A stretch of DNA of 58,859 bases, counting the filler, from Circinaria calcarea (taxonomy: Eukaryota), in NCBI GenBank assembly GCA_051942165.1. It is 5 parts of 5 records of this genome, joined end to end, with 100 filler letters (N's around TTAATTAATTAA, not from the genome) between each part and the next. Parts side by side here need not be neighbours in the genome. Positions count along the whole stretch, not along the records: positions 47,181 to 58,859 come from JAVECS010000661.1; 4 more parts are not named here. The stretch is one strand, 5' to 3'. Every line of letters begins with the position of its first letter. Positions within the stretch are counted from its first letter, which is position 1. The notes under the pieces are model-generated. The model made no database searches, was not told the origin of the DNA, and was given only the letters and a program-made list of their open reading frames with translations. The position numbers and the translations under genes were made by a program. Below are positions 54,260 to 58,859 of this stretch, piece after piece.

Positions 54260-55181
54260 ATGACACTCTACTACAGTCTCGTGAGTTCTTTTGGCATTGG
54301 AACGATCACTCATATCCTCGACCAGAACCATCATCTCCACATCTAACATTCATTGGTCTTCGGACTTTCCACAACACAATGCCTTCCATGATCTATGCTC
54401 CGGTTGGCGCTGGCCGTTTTAATCTCTGGACCGATAGATGCTGACCGTCTCATGGCTCTTAGGTGTTCGTCCTGCTGGTGGCAGAGATGACCATGTTTAT
54501 GCTTCTCATCGTTCCCTTGCCATACACGTGGAAGCGTAAGCTCTTCACTTTCATCTCCGAGAGTCCACTTATAGCAAAGTTGCAGTATGGAATGAAGGTC
54601 GAGCAGATCCATTCACGATACGGCGATACCCGCTGACGGCTTGCAGATCACGTTTATATTCATTTTGATCCTGTTCATTGATAGCGTCAATCGAGTCTAT
54701 CGCGTCCAGGTTGAGCTCGCAGCTGCGAACAAGCAGAGCGGGGCTGGGTAATGATGGCATTCCTGATACTATGCGGTCACACTAAATTCTCAGTAGAGCT
54801 ACAGTTCTTGGGGGCTCCGAACGTATGGAAGTGCAGGCCCGCAAATTCTACTCCCAGCGCAACATGTATCTTTGCGGATTCACCCTTTTCCTCTCGTTGA
54901 TCCTGAACCGCACCTACACCATGATCCTTGATGTGCTCCGTCTGGAAGAGAAAGTCAAGCGCTACGAAGGCGACCCCAAGGCCAAAGGCAAGGAATCCGA
55001 GAAACTGGCTCAAGCCGGTGGGCTCGGGGAGATTGGACAGCTGAAGAACCTATTGGCACAGAAGGAACGAGACATTGAGACACTCAAGAAGCAGATCGAC
55101 GGTCTCAGCCGCGAGTACAACAATCTCGGTGACCAGTACGGCAAGGCGAACGCGGACGGGGTCCCTAAGAAGGACCGGTAA
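54260..55181 (+). CDS. YET3: BAP29/BAP31 family ER membrane protein (Yet3-like), 4 exons
   Basis: MTLYYSL|VFVLLVAEM, FILILFIDSVNRVYRV, EVQARKFYSQRNMYLCGFTLFLSL, coiled coil, C-terminal KKDR (KKxx ER retrieval). Confidence 0.93.
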
Positions 55182-56382
55182 AGGATATCGTGCCATGTGC
55201 TTCATGTAGGGCTCGGAGGAGTAGTAAGATTACTGAACCCTGCAAAGACGCCACGTTGCACCGATGAAATTCGTGGCTGGTAGTTGAAGCGAGAGGTTGG
55301 TGGAATATTGGTGGGATTTGGGGCCCCCCAATTGGGCGGCACATGCTCGGATGACCTTTTGGGGAATTGGGCCGACATGCCAGTACGGAGTATGGATCGT
55401 AGAAAACATGCAGAGATGGAAAAGCGATGAATAGACTACAAATTCTTGTGTGTGCGAGTCGAACAATAAATATTGAAAGGATAATGCCCGCTTTACCATC
55501 TCGATCATGCTCAATGCCCAGTAGCTGATCGAATGGCTCGACACCAAAGCCATGGGTTTGGGTATCCGCCGAAACAGACACTCGGCCAACTTCCAACTCG
55601 GCCGAGGACGCCTTGATATGCTGGATGACTGGTTTCAGCAGTCTGGCATTTGCTTCATAGTCTCAAATAGCCCTCCCGCACCAGGCGCTTAGCAGTTCGT
55701 CTTACTCCCCCAAATCGCCAAAATTAAGGGTTACAGTCTCAGCTCATCGGCCGCCATTGATAGACGGATATAGCAGCCGCCAGTTTCTCCAGTGGCTGCA
55801 TGGTGCACGTAGCCTACTCCATGTTTATTAATAATGATTGTTCACCGTCGCGAGCCGGCGAGACGAGCGTTTGGAGGGTGGAGGGTCCTCGGACAACGGG
55901 TGAGTGTGTTGCACGGCCAAAAATGGGTGGGTTATCCGTAAGAAGGATTAAGGGAGCATCAGTCTCGCGTGTCCGACCGGGATCGTCAAGCCTCCTCGGC
56001 GGCGTAGCGCCAATCAGACGAGAGCCAGAGCAGGACGAGGCGACAACACTTTCTATCGCGACTGTCTCTCGACTTCTTCTTTCATGCACACTGGAAATAT
56101 ATCAGCATCGCTGTCAGCCGGTTGAATTCCCTATCCGCCGGCCGACCAAATCTCTGCCATCTCTCGGCCATCTCCACATTCTCCGCTCGATACTGTCCGA
56201 CAGCCTTGGGACTGTTTGCAAAATGCCCATGCAGCCCCGCATGTCGATAGCTTCATAATGTGCCCTGGTTGCTTTTAGACCTGGACATCGGGAATCCACC
56301 GCGGCTGCTTAGACGTATATCCTCTTTTACATTGCCCCACCCTCCCTTTTTACTCGATACCTACCCTCTTCAGATCCTCAAG

Positions 56383-58727
56383 ATGCTGGCGGTGAATGTA
56401 CCACTGATGCCATCACCAAGCGGCCTCATGTCGGCTTTCTCCCCGTATACAGACTCTCCCAGCTCCCCAGCGCCATATCACACGATGCCTTTGAGGTTCG
56501 TCTCATGGCATCGGATTTATCCATACACGCTAATCCTGGCAGGCATTCTGACCCGTCTGGCCATCTCTTACCGCCTTCCCAACGATCGCCCTTGGCTTCG
56601 AGCCCCTCCGATCTCAGTGACCCCTCGCCCATTGCTCCGTCGTCCAACGGCACAGATACGACAGATATCGATGACTCGACAGTCGAGCTCGAGGAATCCG
56701 AGGAGCTGGTGCAATCACCACAAGCGACGGAGGAGGACCAGCCAGAGCAAGATCTAAAGGTGGGTCTCTCTCTGGGGTGTACATGTCCTCCAACACCAAT
56801 CTCATGTCCTTTGAAGCTAGAGACAGTGAACGCCTCGGGACTCCGACCAGGCTCGGCTGAAGATGATCAGCCAAGGTCGGTTATTCACGCACCTAAAAGC
56901 TTCGAACTCTTTGTGAGTTATCCAAATCACCTTTCAACCAGGATGACATCCTAATTGGACATGCAGCATACGCGGCGGTCTCCGCCCTCGATCCGCCATA
57001 CCACCCCCAGCCCGTCCCAAAGATCCGATATTACTATTACTTCCCCAAACTCTGAAGAATACAGCACAGAACGGGTATGCCTTTTATTGGATCTGATACG
57101 ATTCCGCTAACTAGATTATAGAAATTCAATACCAGCCCTTTGTCACCGCACCGGATAACCACTTCCGTACCGCCTGCAAGAGATTGGTCAGCAACACCCA
57201 GAGCCCACACAAGGCAAGAAGCAGAGGCTTTAGAGCAAGAAAAGGGTTCTCAGTCGCGGTCTAGAAGCCTTGAAGGTATAACGGGATTATCAAAGCGGTT
57301 CGATGTGGAAGCTAATATGGCCTAAAGATATTCCTGAAGTGCAGGATGTGGATCAAACTCGAACGGATGACTGGAACCGACGGGATTCGCTGTTTGAAAG
57401 TGCATTAGACCAGTTTCAGCAAACCTCAGATGAGATAGCCGCACTGAAACTGGCGCTTAGCGAATGTTGGACCTTGTGCAATACTCTCGCAGGCTTAAGC
57501 TACATCCACCGAGAGCGCATCTTTAGCTATACTGGAACGGGCGATCATCAAGAACAAGCATGGAAATCGTGTTGGAAGCTCTGCAAGAAGCTGTATGAGA
57601 CTCGAGATGAAGATTACGCGCTTCAAGTTCGTCCCACTCTGGATTTGTGCCGCGAGTTTTGTCAGTCATTATTTGAAGTACGACAACGAGAGAATGATGT
57701 CGCAGACTCGGTTTTACGTGTCAGCTTTGAGTTGAATAACCATCTGTACAATACTCATGACCGAACGTTACCCGAGGCCTTTCGAGAGCGGACCCTGGAC
57801 TTCTATATTACACTCTGCCATCGGCTGATGAAGCAGCGGACACGACATGGGGAAGAAACGGATTCTCTCTTACGCGCCTGCTGGTCATTAGCGGAGATGC
57901 TATTTAGTTTGCGGCAGAACAAAAGGGATGGGAAGCCTCCCGATGGAGAACTCTTGGGGTCGGCAGTACAATCATGTTGGGAACTCTGCGATTTGTTTCG
58001 AGAAGGATGGACGCAAGTCAGGCCGGATCGGGGTACACCGCGTCCGAGCCAAACCACTTTCTCGCAAGCATTCCAACAGGCGAAGCAGACCGAGCTAGCC
58101 TCTACGATCTCTGTGGCCGAATCAGACGTTGAGGACGACGAAGATGACTTTGGGCGGCAACATCCGGAAACCCCCACCACCATCTTTGAAGATACTCAAC
58201 AAATGTCACCTGATGAAGCAGAAGCTCCAAATATCCTTGTTCTCGGGCCGGAATTGAGTAATCGGTTCCAAACCGGACCCAAATGGTCTTCGTCGTCAAG
58301 TAACCTGTCGGGATACTCGCGATCATCGGTCGAAACCTCATCCTCGACAAGCACCATTATCAATCCATCCGAAGATCCGCGATTGAGCTGCTTGAAGCTG
58401 CTCATCGTCAAAGCAGCAATGCATGCCGGCTTCCAGCGCGGCCAGCAGAAACTTCCTTCATTCGTCAAGTCTCTACCGTCGAATTCCTTCGGCACTGCAA
58501 ATTGGCAACTTCATTTGCTAGAGGACTACAAGAAACTTGTGGCCAGCGATCCGGCCTTTCGGAATGTGGGCCCTCGTAGTAGATCTGGTGCGGCGGATGT
58601 GGGGAGAGCGGTGTTGTGGATGGTGAGGAGCGGGCAATATGGATGGTTGAAAGACCTCTTCCGTTTGGTGTTTGGGTTTCATGTTGACGAGGCGGAAGGG
58701 AGAAAAGGCGTTAATATTCAGTCGTAA
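56383..58727 (+). CDS. Conserved fungal hypothetical protein (Ser/Pro-rich N-term, helical C-terminal domain), multi-exon
   Basis: Long last exon (ALKLALSECWTLCNTLA, VLRVSFELNNHLYN, AVQSCWELCDLFREGW, WLKDLFRLVFG); canonical introns incl. 57275-57327 join the ORF pieces. Confidence 0.78.
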
Positions 58728-58859
58728 CGGGACACTTTGGAGTTTTCGAAGGTGCAGGGTTGCCCTATGTATGCTGTGTCTCACATGGCGTCGGCGGAAA
58801 ATGTCTAGCACTATATCCCATTGAGCAATTGGTATATACAGTTTAAGCTACCGGATTCT

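Noticed and set aside
57140..57330. Overlapping ORFs suggesting a programmed frameshift
   Set aside because: Explained by an ordinary intron 57275-57327 (GTATAA..GCTAAT..AAG)

Overview
Eukaryotic DNA from a filamentous ascomycete (Pezizomycotina-type genes with short GT-AG introns and CTRAY branch points). The window is not one locus. It is five unrelated contigs of steadily decreasing length (11706, 11696, 11693, 11685, 11679 bp) joined by 100-bp N44-TTAATTAATTAA-N44 linkers, so no synteny can be inferred across linkers. Contig 1: TRM112, SET1, a histidine phosphatase, GFA1 and a truncated Ser/Thr-rich secreted protein. Contig 2: a P450, CCT8, a 4-TM protein, an F-box/WD40 protein, a mitochondrial phosphate-carrier pseudogene and a P450 start. 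Contig 3: a DUF6601-like gene, a disrupted alpha/beta-hydrolase gene, Xaa-Pro aminopeptidase and an importin-beta family gene. Contig 4: a fold-back repeat, a GNAT protein, ARL2 and a gelsolin-repeat protein. Contig 5: SFP1, DUS3, BAP31/YET3 and a conserved hypothetical gene. Most interesting: (i) two copies of a non-autonomous TIR transposon with 8-9 bp TSDs, self-palindromic ends and different interiors; (ii) removing copy 2 reconstructs a receptor-like gene (SesB/DUF676-type hydrolase - TM - mucin stalk - two 6-Cys repeats); (iii) a 144-codon AUG-less in-frame extension upstream of SFP1. Family assignments come from motif recognition, not database searches.
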